Below are positions 34,538 through 48,800 of a stretch of DNA of 64,000 nucleotides, one piece after another. Under the pieces are notes generated by a model. It did no database searches and was not told the origin of the DNA. It saw only the letters and a program-made list of their open reading frames with translations. Made by a program: the position numbers and the translations under genes. This DNA comes from Mesotaenium endlicherianum (taxonomy: Eukaryota), in the NCBI GenBank assembly GCA_009602735.1, contig WELA01003305.1:666233-730232 (forward strand). Direction: 5' to 3'. The first letter of the stretch is position 1; the number at the start of each line of letters is the position of its first letter.

Positions 34538-36616
34538 CTATATGCATACTTGTTAATATATCAACTTGTAGGCCAATATTTTGCTCGTCTAAGGTACATG
34601 TACTTTGTATGTGGGCATGTCCTGGAGTAGTGGACATACCTTTACTTTCTGGAACTGTGGGCACAGCTGACATAAAGCCCTGTATTGAATCAAGACAAAG
34701 AGTGCAGCTCCATGGTTCCCGTACCACCCACTACCATGAAGCCACATAAAAAGAGCAAAGAGTGGGAAAAGGCCCTGGTGATTGATATTGGAAGTTCCAG
34801 TATCATTCTTAAGCATGTTAGACTGCTAAGAATGTTCCGAGGCACAATTAACATCACATGCACGGCGTAAGCAGATTGCAGCTGACTATAACATCATCAC
34901 GTATCTGCACGTCACATATCCATTCACTTATTGCTTCCATCACAATGATCAATATTCTTATGCGGGTGACTGATATCCACCTACATCCTAATTGGATTTA
35001 TCTCTATGCAAGTATAATTCCTCAGAGCCAAATAGCAAAATAATGCCGTGGTCTCACCCTATCATCCCCTCACTGTGCGTGCCCCCGCTCATTTTGAGCT
35101 CCACATTCTTAAAACGAGCTCCACCTCTGTCGTCGACCCTCGTGATTAGCTGCGCCCATGAGTGTCGTTTGATGCACACATGTGTGGCATTACTGATCTG
35201 GCAGGGCATGGCCGCGCCGAGCATCCTGAAGGAGTGGGGCTCCTACGACACCATCGGCAACGGATACTTTGCGCTTGTGTGGCACTCCCTCCCGCGCCAG
35301 TGGAGGGCGCTAGCTGTCATCACGTCGGAGTTCCACATGCCCAGGTCCAGAATGATCTTTGACTGGATCTTCGGCTTGCAGGGCGCTGACCTGAGGCCCA
35401 GGGATGTGGGGGACTACAGCAGCAGGCAAGTCGTGACTGGTGGCAGTGCAGGTGTCGGTGCAGGGGGCGTCGCCAGAGGCCAGAGAGACAGTTTGGCCAC
35501 CGTGCCAGGTGGCAGCAGCTGCCTGAATGCAAGTAGTAGCATCAGCGCAAGTAATGGCACCAACCTTGGCAATGGCCACGTCAGCAGCCTTCTTGCGGAG
35601 GGTGGGCACAGCCAGGGGGTACTAGGAGTGGCAGAGGAGGAGGAGATGGAGGTGGGATTGCGAGTTCACGATATTGTGAAGGGGGGGGCTTCTAGAGAGC
35701 GCAGGGGTGAAGTTCCCAGTGAGCTGAATGAGCTGAATGCGCTGAATGGGCTGGGAGAGCAAGATGAAGACGGGTGGGTGCTGGAGAGCCTGCCTCGCGA
35801 CAGGTGTCCTGCACGCCAGGGGTACCGGATTGTGTACTACAGCGTATCAGACGATGGCATTGACCCCGCCCTCATTCAGGTGCCGCCACGTGGCACCTCT
35901 CGCTCACTCCTTTGCAGTCTTCTTAAATACCCATATGCCCTTAGGTATATGGCTACTGGAGCCTCCCGCTTGAATTTGAAGTTTTTTTGCCTGTCGAGAG
36001 CACACCAGTGTGGGCAAGAGTCATGAGACATGTACATGCATTGGAAGGCTTCTCTTCTGAAGGGCGGGTGTTGAAATTATATGAAAAAAGTGTTAAATTT
36101 ACAAGGAGAATTCTCGAGGGTGAGAACTCACTAGTGCCCAAGATAGCAAGTTGATTCTTTTGTATGTATCGGAAAGACCTTCACCCTCTGACTTCATGGA
36201 AAATGCTTTGAATTTAATATTGTCATTCGATGACGACTATTTGTGCTTTGAATATCTGCAATTGTGTCCTTGTTAGCGTTGGTGACGAGACGAGGGAACA
36301 AAGACATGGAGTAGTGCTTTGTGGTAATGACATCTCTATATGTCTGTGCACTTGTTAAGATTAATAAATGCACGCTGTCGTGTGTGTGTGCGTGTGGTTG
36401 TGCACGCGCCACGTGCTTGTGTGCTTGCAGGCACGTATTCTTAAGGAGCAACAAAGTATGGAGAATTTGAGGCGGCTCATCGTGAGATTACATAGCTTGC
36501 CTGACTTCCACATTTGGTTTCACACGGAGCACAAGGCCTACAATGTGGCTGACCAACATAAATTCGGCGTGAGCAATATGAAAGAGGTCAAGGATCCGAC
36601 TTTGCTTTGTTACTAG
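33317..36616 (+). CDS. DUF218 (YdcF/SanA/ElyC-like) domain protein with probable organellar transit peptide
   Basis: Exons 33317-33719, 33957-34120, 35205-35879, 36431-36616. Motifs DAIMVLAGG, RLDVA, LGGGTPH, SYDTIGNGYF, VITSEFHMPRSRMIFDWIF, RILKEQQS..WFHTEHKAY. Ser/Arg/Lys-rich N-terminal ~100 aa. Confidence 0.85.
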
Positions 36617-37817
36617 TTTCTCTAACATTAAATGCAATCATTACTCCTCATTTTAGGACTTCGTAGATTATGATTCCTTCTCTAGGTATGGATGTCCCGT
36701 TACCTAGAACGCGGCATAAATTGGTGGCAAAGCGTATCAGTTGACTTTAAGTGGCAAGACAAAGTTGATCATGGGTTCAATTTGATGTTTTTAGCTCCAT
36801 TATGATGTTCCTTAGGTGGCCCTCATAGGCTAATGTTTCATCTCATGCACCTCTCAGGTTGGAGTTAAAGGTCATATGTCAAAGAGGACACATGACCTCT
36901 TCCTCTTCCTTCCTTGTGTAAATTATTTCATGACTCCACCACTTTTGTCCTCTCTTAGAATTGTCATCCTAAGTATATTACGTACTAGCAAGTATGTCAT
37001 ATGTCATGACCATGTCGTGTTTCACGTGTGTCTCATGTTTGTTGTAGGAAGTGTGCAAAAGCAATATAAAAATTGTGTCTTGTTTCCTTTTAGCTACCGC
37101 CCATTGTAGATGTAAAGTTGTTTTTATCTAGAAAACATTAAGACTAAGGGGTTCCTATGAAAGAGGACGCAGCTGATTTATTTATGCTCATTGGTAAGGA
37201 AGCATTTGTCAAGTGCACATAAACAATCAGGTGACATATTTTATGTGCGCCTTTGGGGGTTCTGGTAAAAAAATGTCCCCCAAACGAGCGTAGTATGGAC
37301 AGGCGAAAGTCCAGCGGCTGGACGTTTTGTACGTTATTGAATCCTCGAGAGTTCTCAGCATCATTTGACCGTTATCAAACCATGATTGACGTGTCATACA
37401 AGTGCCAAGTCGTTGGACAAGGTGCCAGCTAGAAACTGTTTCTCGACATTTCTTTAGAAATTAGAATGCTGCAGACTGGGCCACTATTGTTGGCTGTCAG
37501 TCAAATTTATACATGGTACCCTTGAGACTTCTAGAATGCAGCTCATGTCTTCCTTTCACCAGGACACTTGCTAGGGCCACCGGGATTATATTCTCCTATT
37601 ATTCTGTCTATCTATTTGCTTGACTACTTAAAGAGAATGTGCCGATTAAAGCACGGTGCGGGGTTGGGAAGTTCACGTCTATTCTTGTAGAACTGGCATG
37701 AAGATTTGAACTTGACGTTGGCTTGTAGAAGACCCTTCTGAGTAGTCTTGAAATTACATGATCTACTTGTGAAAAGCAGACGAATAGTTGGTAGAATCAA
37801 CCGGAGTATCATGCGAA

Positions 37818-40800
37818 ATGGGTATAGTAAGTTCTGTAAGTAGATGGGCTTTTAGACGCTCTGACGGAGACTTTGAGAAGAAGCTACAGTACCTTTCGAA
37901 GGAGGAGGTTGCAGTTCATTCCCGCTTAAAGAGGAGGCTTGCATCATGGCGCAAGCTGGCCCGTATCATTGTGATCAATTCCACAATACTAGAGGTGAGA
38001 TGGAAGTCAATCATCGATATTAGGCAGAAGTTATGGTATAGTGCTAGCTGCTTAAAATCCTCGAATTTACGAACGGGAACTAGCTATAAGTGGTACCTTC
38101 AGGCTGTGCTGTTATCACTGGTCTAACTGGATAAAAGCAACGGACTGATATCCTCCTCAGTCCACTTCAATCCTCGTGGAGGTGTTGGTGGCAATGAAAA
38201 ATAAGTATTGGAAAGGACGAGTATGTGCAGTAAAAACAAAGACCCCATTGTACATAAATTTTATTTTCTGAGGGTGGAAATGGCATTCTGAGGCTGAGCC
38301 CGAGGGAGGTTCAGGGCTCAGCCTTCAGAGACTTTATATGCCGTTTGGTTTAGGTTGTCAAGCATTCATTGAGATTGCCATGTTGGCACGACATTGTTGC
38401 CTAGAGGCAAATTCAAAAGAGAAGCCCTACTCTTTCATCCTACATTATACAACAGTTTGCCATCCTTGGGTTGTCATCGAACGGTCATTGAAGCTGATGT
38501 GAATGAGGGTCTGCTTACCTGGTCCTTATGTCAACACATGGAGTCACTAAGTTGATTACTACACTCAAGACCCAGGCTTTATACACCGGGCAAATCGTTG
38601 TCGACAATTATATGTTTGTAGTGCGTATGGGAAATATGGAGCAAGCATTAGCATCAGTACTCCTGTTCAAGAATATAAAGTGGGTGAGAACTTTTTGCTC
38701 AACATGACAAATGAAGATTAGTGTTCTTAGGAACCTATGGTGAAGGGGATTTTATTAGGTTGCAGCCTCCAGCGTCAACAAAAAAACGTAGCATTCTGCG
38801 TCCCCCCTGTACAAGTTGGAAAACACAGTCATTTTGGTTGTTATTTGGGTGTGTGATCGAAATGGGGCGAAGTGACTCATAGCCTGTGACTACTGCTTCT
38901 AGTGAGAACGTGATGAATCTAACAGGCCCTGAGTAGAAAATTGATTGCTGAGTAACTAAGAGTGGGCTGTGACATTAGATAGAAGCACATGTCATACATG
39001 CAGCCATTGTGTTTTTTGCACAAATTGTGTGGCTATGGTTTCTTTTATGTGATGATTTTGGATTATCTCTCCTGTTGCTCCATTCAGGCGATTTGTTATA
39101 TGCATGAACGTCGGGCACCTTTGAAATATTATGTGGGATATGCAGCATAATCATATGCCTTACACAAACTCTTGTTCCTTTTCCAGAATGAACTTAATAT
39201 CAAAAGTTTGACAGAAGTGTTGGGTCCAGTAGATCTTCTCGACCATGGGGTACAAAGGATACTGATATAACTTCTAGATAGATCTGGACACATACTTTGT
39301 AAATTGCCGCATGCTTCACGTCATCAAGCAAGTTTTCTGTACTGGTCGTTTAGAACTTTGAAGAAGCTGGTTGTGTAGAAAAGTCCTCAGCATAGAGTAG
39401 GACCATACTGCCACGATGTTGTCATGCAGCGTGTTCTGCATTCTCTTCCTCTACCCTGTGGCCAAAAACTGGTCAACTCAGACCCACTAAACAGCAACAT
39501 GACGCTTCTTCTTGTTGCTGTTCATCCTTGTTCTGCTCTTGCCAGGTGGTGCTTCTCAGCTTTGCCCTGGTGGCGACAAGGTCTACTGACCTCGAATGGC
39601 AGGAGCGGTGTATACGGGTGTCCCCTGTCTTCCTCTTCCCCTTCGTAGCCATTTTGGTCTATTCTTGCTGCGCACGCTTCACCAAGATGAGTGAGTTTTC
39701 TCATCACTTGCAGACATGTCAGGAGGCTTCTGGCTTTAAGACAAGTTCTTGCGATGTCAGTGAAAACACCTCATGTGCTGCTATGGTCAAGCTTTTTGAG
39801 GAGATTATTCTATTGGGAATGGGATAAGGGGGCATGCATTGGGCCGAGAGATAAAATGCATGTTGCCATATAGTTCACGAATTCACAGCAACAAGAGGAG
39901 GACGTTTGGTGTGGTCTTGTCTGTGAGGTGTAAACTTACATGTGTAAGTTTGTCTACATCAATGTGTGAGGGTAGCAGGTTGTGTGTCCTAGCGACTATA
40001 CATCGGAGCAGAGAGTAGGAGCAGAGAAAAGTGTAGTTTTTGCATGGCACAGACGCTTACACCATCCTTCATTCTCAGACCTCCACTTGGTGATGCTCCA
40101 CATTTAATGCACCTCCTGGCACATATTTGGAGAGCTAACAACGGATCCAACTCGATGCATAGCAATGCATGCCACATCCTCTTTTTGTTTGACCAACAGA
40201 TATCCGTCTCCAGCCTCAGCCTTGCTGTACAAGCCTTGGTCTCTGCGTGCAACTCGTGGTTTCTTCCACCATGTTCCACAGCCCGTCTCACACTTAAGCA
40301 GTAGCTTGCTGCTGTCCACCTGGCAGGAGACCGGCACGACAGGCAGGCCCTGGAGAAGCTGAAGGCGCAGCGGCAGGCCAAGATTGAGGAGCTCAAGGAG
40401 AAGACCAACTACTACAGGAACATGCAGCTCATTCAGGAGTGTGCTTTGCGTGCCCTACACAAACTTCCTCCCCCACCTCTCTCTCCCCCTCCCCCTCCCC
40501 CTCCCCCTCCTCCTCCTCCTACTNNNNNNNNNNNNNNNNNNNNNNNNNNNNNNNNNNNNNNNNNNNNNNNNNNNNNNNNNNNNNNNNNNNNNNNNNNNNN
40601 NNNNNNNNNNNNNNNNNNNNNNNNNNNNNNNNNNNNNNNNNNNNNNNNNNNNNNNNNNNNNNNNNNNNNNNNNNNNNNNNNNNNNNNNNNNNNNNNNNNN
40701 NNNNNNNNNNNNNNNNNNNNNNNNNNNNNNNNNNNNNNNNNNNNNNNNNNNNNNNNNNNNNNNNNNNNNNNNNNNNNNNNNNNNNNNNNNNNNNNNNNNN

Positions 40801-41082
40801 NNNNNNNNNNNNNNNNNNNNNNNNNNNNNNNNNNNNNNNNNNNNNNNNNNNNNNNNNNNNNNNNNNNNNNNNNNNNNNNNNNNNNNNNNNNNNNNNNNNN
40901 NNNNNNNNNNNNNNNNNNNNNNNNNNNNNNNNNNNNNNNNNNNNNNNNNNNNNNNNNNNNNNNNNNNNNNNNNNNNNNNNNNNNNNNNNNNNNNNNNNNN
41001 NNNNNNNNNNNNNNNNNNNNNNNNNNNNNNNNNNNNNNNNNNNNNNNNNNNNNNNNNNNNNNNNNNNNNNNNNNNNNNNNNN

Positions 41083-41146
<64 letters not shown>

Positions 41147-44100
41147 TGGGTGTGTTTGTATAACGTAGGTGCATTTTTCTGTGTATTGTGGGCCTGCTTG
41201 TGTGTCCGTCTCGTGAATTCTGGATCCTGGTGAATGTGTGTGTAGCTTGCATGTGTAGCTTGCATGTGTCATGTGGTGGATGAGAGCAAGCCAAAGCCCT
41301 CCCGGGCATCTCGTGGTGCAGGTCATCATGAGCCAAGTCACAGCATGTCACAGCACATTATAGAAGAACTTCAGCAGGGGCTGCTGTTTGTGAACATAGT
41401 TGTGAGAACTGCGCGTCCATGCCACCGTCATCAGACTTGTGGCAAGCCTTGCTTTAATCAGCCATCTCCAGATGGCCGCCACCTCGAGCAGGCCTCCTCA
41501 TGCTCTTGCAACAACCAGTTGTATCATCTTGTATCCAGAATCTATGTCGACCCAAGAGTGCGTGTGACTCTACATTAGTGCATTTGGCTTCCTCCTTTTT
41601 ACTTTCTGGGCAGCAAAGTTTATGTGTCCTATTTCTATCCTTGGGTCAAAAGTTTTTTGTGTGCAAAATGACTACCAGCTTGGTCTTCCCGGTCACCTTA
41701 CTTGTGGAGCTTTGGTTGGAAAGCTCGTGTGGGGTTGAGGCGAGGGGGGGAACGTTGGGGGGATGAATGATGTTTCTGTTTCTCCGCTGCGACGCGGGTG
41801 TTGCGCTTGCGTCTTCCTCATTGATCACTCTCGTCATCAACATATTGCTTTTGATTTTTCAGCTCCTTCGTTCTCATTGAACTTGGGGACGCTACTGCAA
41901 GCAAGGCAGTGGTCTGGTACTGATACTTCTCTTTCACACTTTCTTTTGAATTGGCCTTTAAACATCGCTTCACAAATGTGCACCCTCATTCACGCACACA
42001 CACACACACACACATGGAAGAGAGACAGTCTGCAGAGCTTCCATGTGACGGGGACGTTTCGCGGGTGTGGGCGTGCAGAAGTACGACCCCGACCCGGCAG
42101 TGAAGGCAGCAGCCGCCAGCATCCTGGTGTCCAAGATGCACATCGAGTCCGGCCTCAAGCCCCCTTCCCTTCAGGCTGCATCGCAACCTCGCTCCGGTGG
42201 CGTCGACGGCAGCAGCAGTGAGGCCTCTCTGAGCGATGCAAACGGCCAACCCCTGGGTGTGAGTGGGGAGGACTACGGGCGGCAGAGGGGGGGGGGCGCG
42301 GACTCGCAGAGCCTGAGGAAACGAAAGGGTGCAGGGACCTTGCAGGGGAGCGGAGAGACAGGTGGCAGCAGCGGCGGCAGCAAGCAGGCGCTGCTAGGCT
42401 CGGGCGGCAGCGCACCTCACGCGCTGCGCAGTTACCAGGGCTCTTCTGGGCCAGGTGAGAACAGGCCCCCAGGGCCTGGGGCTTCTCGGGCTTCCAAGCT
42501 GGGCCTGGGGTTTGGTGGAGGAGGAGGAGCAGGAGGGGGGACAATAGGCTCCTCAGGGACATCGGGGATCTTGCAGGAGGAAGAGGAGGAAGAGGAGGAA
42601 GGGGAGGAAGGGGAGGAAGGGGGGGAGGGTGGGCGTGGCATGCCGAGGAGAAACAGTGGGGGGTCGGGCCCGGGGCTCCAGAGCTGGAAGGGGGCGGACG
42701 GGGGGGGTTGGGTGGGGAGGATTGCTGCGATGCTGGTGGGGGAGGACCCCACCCAGTGCTACGCGCTCATATGCAAGCGGTGCCACAACCACAACGGTCA
42801 GTCTCCTCCTCCTCCTCCTCCTCCTTCCAGCCCTTGGCCCCTCCTGCTCTGCTTCAGCTGTGCTTCTGGGCTTTGGTTATTGACGTCTTCTTCAAGTCTG
42901 CTGCTTCAAGTCTTAAAGGAAGGAAGCGAGCATTGCAAGGCAGCCGGCAGGCATTGAAGGCAGCCCGCAGGCTCTGCAAGGCTTACCTGTCCCTCCAGTG
43001 CGCTGGATGGGACCCAGATCCAGGGGCCTTGTCAAGACAGGGGGGTGAGAGGGCATTGGAGTGAGGGCAAGGGAGGTGGGCACTCAGAAGGCCACTGTGC
43101 ATCACCATCGCCAGTTTGCCCCAAAGAGTCTGCCTCGAGCCTGCTGTAGGCATACGTGTGCAATGCCTGGTAGCATTTATGCAAACGTGCGTGCACGCCG
43201 CTCCCGGGGTACCCCTGGCGCTTGCTGCTTGGGCTTTACTTCTAGGTTGGCTAGGGGGGGCACAGCTGCTGCATGTGTGCAACCTGGCACAGGTATGATT
43301 TTTTGCAAAAGTGCCTCTGGTTTTGTTGAAGAACGTCGATTTCCTGTTATATACTCCTCCTTGCACCTTCATAAGTCATGTGGGCGTCTTCATTTCTACC
43401 TTTCACGGAGTCAACCCGGATTCCAAGGGGTACTCAGTGTGGGTGGGAGGGAGAGAGGAAGAGAGGAAGTACACATGCAGAAAGTGGCTGTCTTGTCTGA
43501 CCGTCTCAGAATGTGTGGATTGTCTTCGCATAAGCGGCCAACTTGTCTGTATTACCATTCTAGTGTCTGCTTGTGGGAATAGTTATCACTGTTGCAATGG
43601 CTTTCCAATGTCAGCAACTTACTTCTCCTTCAGCCGCGTGTCATATTCCACTTTTTGACGCTGATGTGAACTCACGAGACCCTTAAAGTGCAGGCATGTC
43701 CGACTACAGCCCGAAAACACAGTTGGCAATTAACCGCTGTACAACCACATCATTACACTCGTGCAATGAGTTGCCGCACTTACAACTTGGTTCCCGATCA
43801 AAACCCCATCGCTTCTACTGCGCACCTCTTACATTCCCTCGCCTCTTCCGCTCACTCCTGTTTTATTCTTCTCGGTTCCTGCAGGCCTGGCCACAAAAGA
43901 GGACTTCCCTTACGTTACCTACTACTGCCCCAGATGCATGCACCTGAACCAGGGGGAGCATGCATCCAGAGCTGCCATGCAGGCGCCCTCTGCACCCCCC
44001 TCTCCAGCTCCCTCCCCTTTGCTCAGCTCGTTGAAACAACCTGAGGCCAATTTACCTCGTGGAGGGCAATTCCGGCCGGGTCCAATGGCTGCTGCTCCTG

Positions 44101-44285
44101 TGCCCGCCCTCTCTCTCCAAGGTGACATGAAGGGTGAAAGCGAGGGTAACGGTGGGGGGGGGACGACAAGCGTTGACGCTCCGGCTGATGACTTGAAAAC
44201 GGTCGAAGAGAATCTGCGAGAGGAGTTGGCTGTCAAATTGCTAGGTGTGAACACGACTGGGTCAGAAGAACAACGAATTTCATAG
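37818..44285 (+). CDS. LNP: Lunapark ER three-way-junction protein (2 TM, coiled coil, C4 zinc finger)
   Basis: Exons 37818-37994, 39546-39690, 40327-40436, 42079-42796, 43885-44285. Motifs DFEKKLQYLSKEE, KIEELKEKTNYY..QLIQKYDPDP, LVGEDPTQCYALICKRCHNHNGLA..YYCPRCMHLN. The third intron spans an N-gap and has a non-canonical donor. Confidence 0.9.
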
Positions 44286-45866
44286 GTAGGATACGTATCA
44301 GGAGCAGGTCGTGATATTTAAGTTGGCACAATTTTGAAAAGTGATCAGTGTGGAGGAGGGAGGCCCACTTCGTGCTTTTTATGCAGACAATGGCAGTTAC
44401 GAATGAAAGGCAGATTTCTTGAAAGGTTGAGACTTTTCTCATTCTCTGCACAAATATATGATGGTCTACTGTAGTGCAGCATCCACTTAAGGTCGCGGCG
44501 GCTAAGTGGCAGGCGTTAAAGATTGACAAGAATTCGAACAGCGCACTCTGAGAAGGCTTAAGAATTTCCTGAGTAATTATGGAAAGCCAAACAGATGACT
44601 TAAAAGAATAAGCTGAAAATCACTCTGCGTGCCACTTTAGATGGAATGTTCATCCTCGTAATTGTATGCTCGTTTCCGACTGTGATGAACCAACTTTCAC
44701 ACTTATATGTCAAGGATGAAGTGTGGCAAACTGCCTTCCAAACTTCACTACGCTGTACAGAAGTATTGAACTGCAGATTTAAGGCAGTCAATTTGTGGTC
44801 CTAGCCACGGTTGTCGCTCTATTTGGGACTCGAATGCAAGTCAAGCAATGGAGTCGAGCAAGGCTCAAGTCAACTTTAATTCCTCAAAAACTTAATGACC
44901 GATTGGTCGAGCTTGCTGCGTATCACCTGCATCGTAAGCCGCGTACATTTAACGAGTTCCACGCGGATTTGACGTTGTTGACCTTGGCTATGGAGAAAGA
45001 GGGGCTGAGACTACTGGCAAAGAAAGAAATTGGCTCACAACTCGAAGATGCCTTCCAAGAAAGGAACTCTGGTCTGTCTGTTGCAAGAAAATGCATGCTG
45101 CTGACTGCCTCATAGGGGACTATGAGGGACTATGTGACTGCCACTTATATGTGCATTATAAACAAGTGTATCTACAGACGTCAGGATCAAAAAAGCACTG
45201 CTTCCCGGCTGGAGAAGAAGCATCGACTTTAAATTGTTGAACATGCTGTGGCTCACGAATAAGATGAAAACAAGACGTATGAAGGGACTTGCAAGGCGGA
45301 AGGATGAGTGATATAGCGAGTGACATAAGTGCATTACACGAGCCATGCAACTGACAAATAAGCATCGTATCAGTCACATACATGGCCCCCCCCACGTACT
45401 ATACAGCGCCTTCATGTATGTGCCTGTTCCTGTAGAGTAGGCCTAGTTGGTCACATCCGAGTTCTTGAGTGAGTGATTTGGAAGCACCACAGGCAGCTAT
45501 AACATCCATCACATATAGCTAGCCATGCGTGCATCTGCTGCAACATTCAGCTGCCTAAGCAGCAGTGGTGCTCAGGTAAGGCTCTTAAATGTCACATCCG
45601 TATTTTGTCTATATGTGTAGAAGCACATACTGTATTCAACATTCATGGTTTTTCCCACTATCCACTTATCATATCACTGATGCAAGCACTTCTTTCATGC
45701 GTCTTTTCCTCCTGCCATGTAGATGTTGACAGTGTATCACAATTGGCAAAATAAATACTGCTCGTGACGTACCTTGTTATTATGCGAACCAAAAGATGGG
45801 CCTATATTTTGAGGCTTGAGCCAAGGGGTCACAGTCGCTTAGTTGCTAATGGGTGGCTTTTCGAAC

Positions 45867-48800
45867 ATGGAGGCACTACAGTTGGGTATGTCAGTAAACT
45901 GCTGCTGGAGCTCGGTGGATTCTGCCAGTACTAGAAAATTTGGACAAGTTTTACCGTTGCCCTAGGCGCTTGAGAAAGAAGTCATCCCGCCAGTTGACTT
46001 CAAAAACGACCCCAGTCGACTTTTGAAGCCACTTGTCACACTATCTACTGCCTTAATTTTTGTAATCATGGGTGCCAATTTGGTTTTGTTCCTGGTCCTG
46101 CTTTTCTTTCTTCACGCTCAATTAGGCCATGCATGGCCATGCATGCACCACAAACCAGACATGTCATGACATTAGTAGTGCACTAGAAGCTGAATGGGAG
46201 TCAGGCACATTAGTTGATTGGGTAAGTACTGGAATGCGGTTTTACCTTCAAGAAAGCAAATAAAGCATGCAGTACAATCATCTGCTGCTAGCCCTTGCTT
46301 GCATGAAGGTAGATAGTTTGCGATCCAGTCTGCACTCGACGTCATTTTATTGTGCTCTTGAGAAGGGAATGTCGGGCAGGTTCATTACTGCAGCATCGTT
46401 CTTGATAGGGCGACATATAATGTCTCACATAAGTCACATATGTCACACATATATGTAGGCGTGCCATACCACAAAAAAATCTAGCAATGATGCCATGCCT
46501 GGTATAGACATGCACATGTTGATTACACAAGAATAGCGTCCAAGATTCCTCCTTGGGACTAACTATTGAAGTCAGACAGCTAGAGACTGCGCACATCCTT
46601 CACATGATGAGCGTGCTTGATGCACATCAATTGTCCAGGCTGCCTGCCTAAGCCTGCTGATCCAGACTCCCGTGCATGGCTGCAGGAGGCATCGCACGCA
46701 TGTGCCGCCGCTCGGCCCTGCATGTCGCAAGGCAATTCGAGGCTTTCAGGTGTCACCACCGTGGCTCTTCCCTCCGCTCACCAGCAAGCCAGTACGCTGC
46801 CAGGTGGCCTCCGCCTTACTGGCTGCCCAGCCCGCCTTGCTGGCAGCCCAGCAGGCTCTGCCGGCGGCCCAGCCAGGCAGTCTCTGGTCAGCAATGTCGA
46901 GGGAGATTCTAGACTGGGGAAAGGCCTTGCTTTGCAGAAGCAGATTTATGGAGAGAAATTGCGCGCCGGCGACAGCTGTCAGCGTTTGGGAGCCTCAGCG
47001 AGGAGAGGGCTGCAGAGGGAGTGCACTGCAACGCGGCCCATTCCACACCAGGCTGCCAGCTGGCTCCTTGCCTGGCTGCCTGAGGACGTGCCACACGGGG
47101 CTACTTTTGGCTCCGCCGTGCCAGCTGGTGGAGTTGGGGCATTTGCGGGCCAGGTGGCGCCCTCGTCAGCCGCACCACGTGCTGCTGTCACTGCTGATGT
47201 CAGCAGAAAAAGCCAAAAGAGGTTAGGCAAGGCTCGTGGGCTTCTGCCGTGCCGCCGGGCGCAAGGGGGGGGAAACGCACACGTTGAGGGCAGTCCTGTG
47301 GACGAGGCTGATTATGACAGCTGGATTGACAACGAGGCGGCGAACAGGGCGGACCAAGAGGACGATGGAATGGAGCGGGAGTGGCAGCAGGAGGGGGAGG
47401 AGAAGGGAGAGGGGGAGGGCATGGGGGAGGTGTGGTTCTACCGCCCGGNNNNNNNNNNNNNNNNNNNNNNNNNNNNNNNNNNNNNNNNNNNNNNNNNNNN
47501 NNNNNNNNNNNNNNNNNNNNNNNNNGGAGGGGGAGGAGGGGGAGGACGGAGGGCAAAAGGGAGAGGAGGTTGGGGAAGAAGGAGAAGCTCAGCAGGGCGC
47601 ATCGTTGCCCATGGCGGGGTCCGGGGAGGGTGACCAGATTGGTGGCACAAAGCGCGCAACTAGGCACGTGCCACTTGGCACCGACCCTTACATTGATGCT
47701 AGGCGCCAGGTGGCACCGTGTCTCAGTGATGACAGGCAGGGGAAGGCGTATGAAGGGAAGGTGCACCTGCCTGCAGCTGTGGCTAGAACTCAGTTGACTG
47801 CTGTGGGTGCAGACAACAGAGAGAGCAATCGCAAAAGAGAGAGCAACCGCAATCGCTACAGCAACGGCAGCAGCAACGGCGATTTCGACAGCGAAGGCGA
47901 GGGCGCGGGCGAGGGCGACCTCAATAATGACGGCGACAGCGACAATGACATCATCAGCATCACTATTGTCAGCAAGGACAGGCGGGAATGGGAGCGGGAG
48001 AGCGAGAGGGGAGGAGGTGGAGGTGCGGTCGGCTGGATGCGGCCCGTGTGGTGGGTGCTGGGCCCGCTGGTGCTGCTGCTGACAGGTGTCGCACCGCGGC
48101 TGTGGCTGCGTTCCTCCAGCCTCTTTGTGGGCTCCAGCACCGCTGGCGTACTGGCCCTGCTAGGCCTGGACGGCGTGTTCAACGTCGGCGCCGCCGCCTT
48201 CTTCCTCATGGCCTCCTCCCTGTGCTCCTCCGTCGCCGCCGGCCGCAGCCGAATAGGTGGCGCCGCCGCGCGCGGGAGCGGGCTGGAGCTCGTGGTGGCC
48301 GGCGGGCGGGCCCTCCAGCGGTGGGAGCCGGAGCCCCGCGTTTTGCGCGCGCTCAAGGCGAGGGCGCGCGCCGAAGAGGCCGCTGGCGGAGCTAGCGCGC
48401 GTGTAGGGGGAGGCAGGAATAAGCAGGGCAGCTCCGCTTCATTGGCCCTAGATGACAACGACCAACGCAGGCGCATCCACAATCGCATTCCCGACGGACC
48501 GATTGGACCGATCCGTACGTTCCGCGGAGAGGCAAAAGCTGACAAGCGGCCCTTTCAAGGCGGGGGTAGGGAGGCCTACCTGCGCCTCATCAGCGTGGAC
48601 GGCAGCAGTGGCAGCGACAGCTCAGCGAGGGTGCCTGACAGCTACAGGGTGTGGAGCTCGGCTGTGAACACTCTCAGTCTTCTGCTTCCCCTGGCGGGCG
48701 TGGCTTACGCCACCTGGCGCGGGCTGGCGGAGCCACGCGCTCTGCTGCCTCTGCTGGCCACTTTGGGGCCCTACATGTTTGCGCTGGCAGTGCAAGGGGT

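Noticed and set aside
38910..38951. C/D box snoRNA-like GTGATGA...CTGA in the Lunapark intron
   Set aside because: Only ~42 nt, with no terminal stem or recognisable guide.
44490..44560. tRNA-like or SINE-like start (GGTCGCGGCGGCTAAGTGG..TTCGAA)
   Set aside because: No cloverleaf can be formed and box spacing is wrong.
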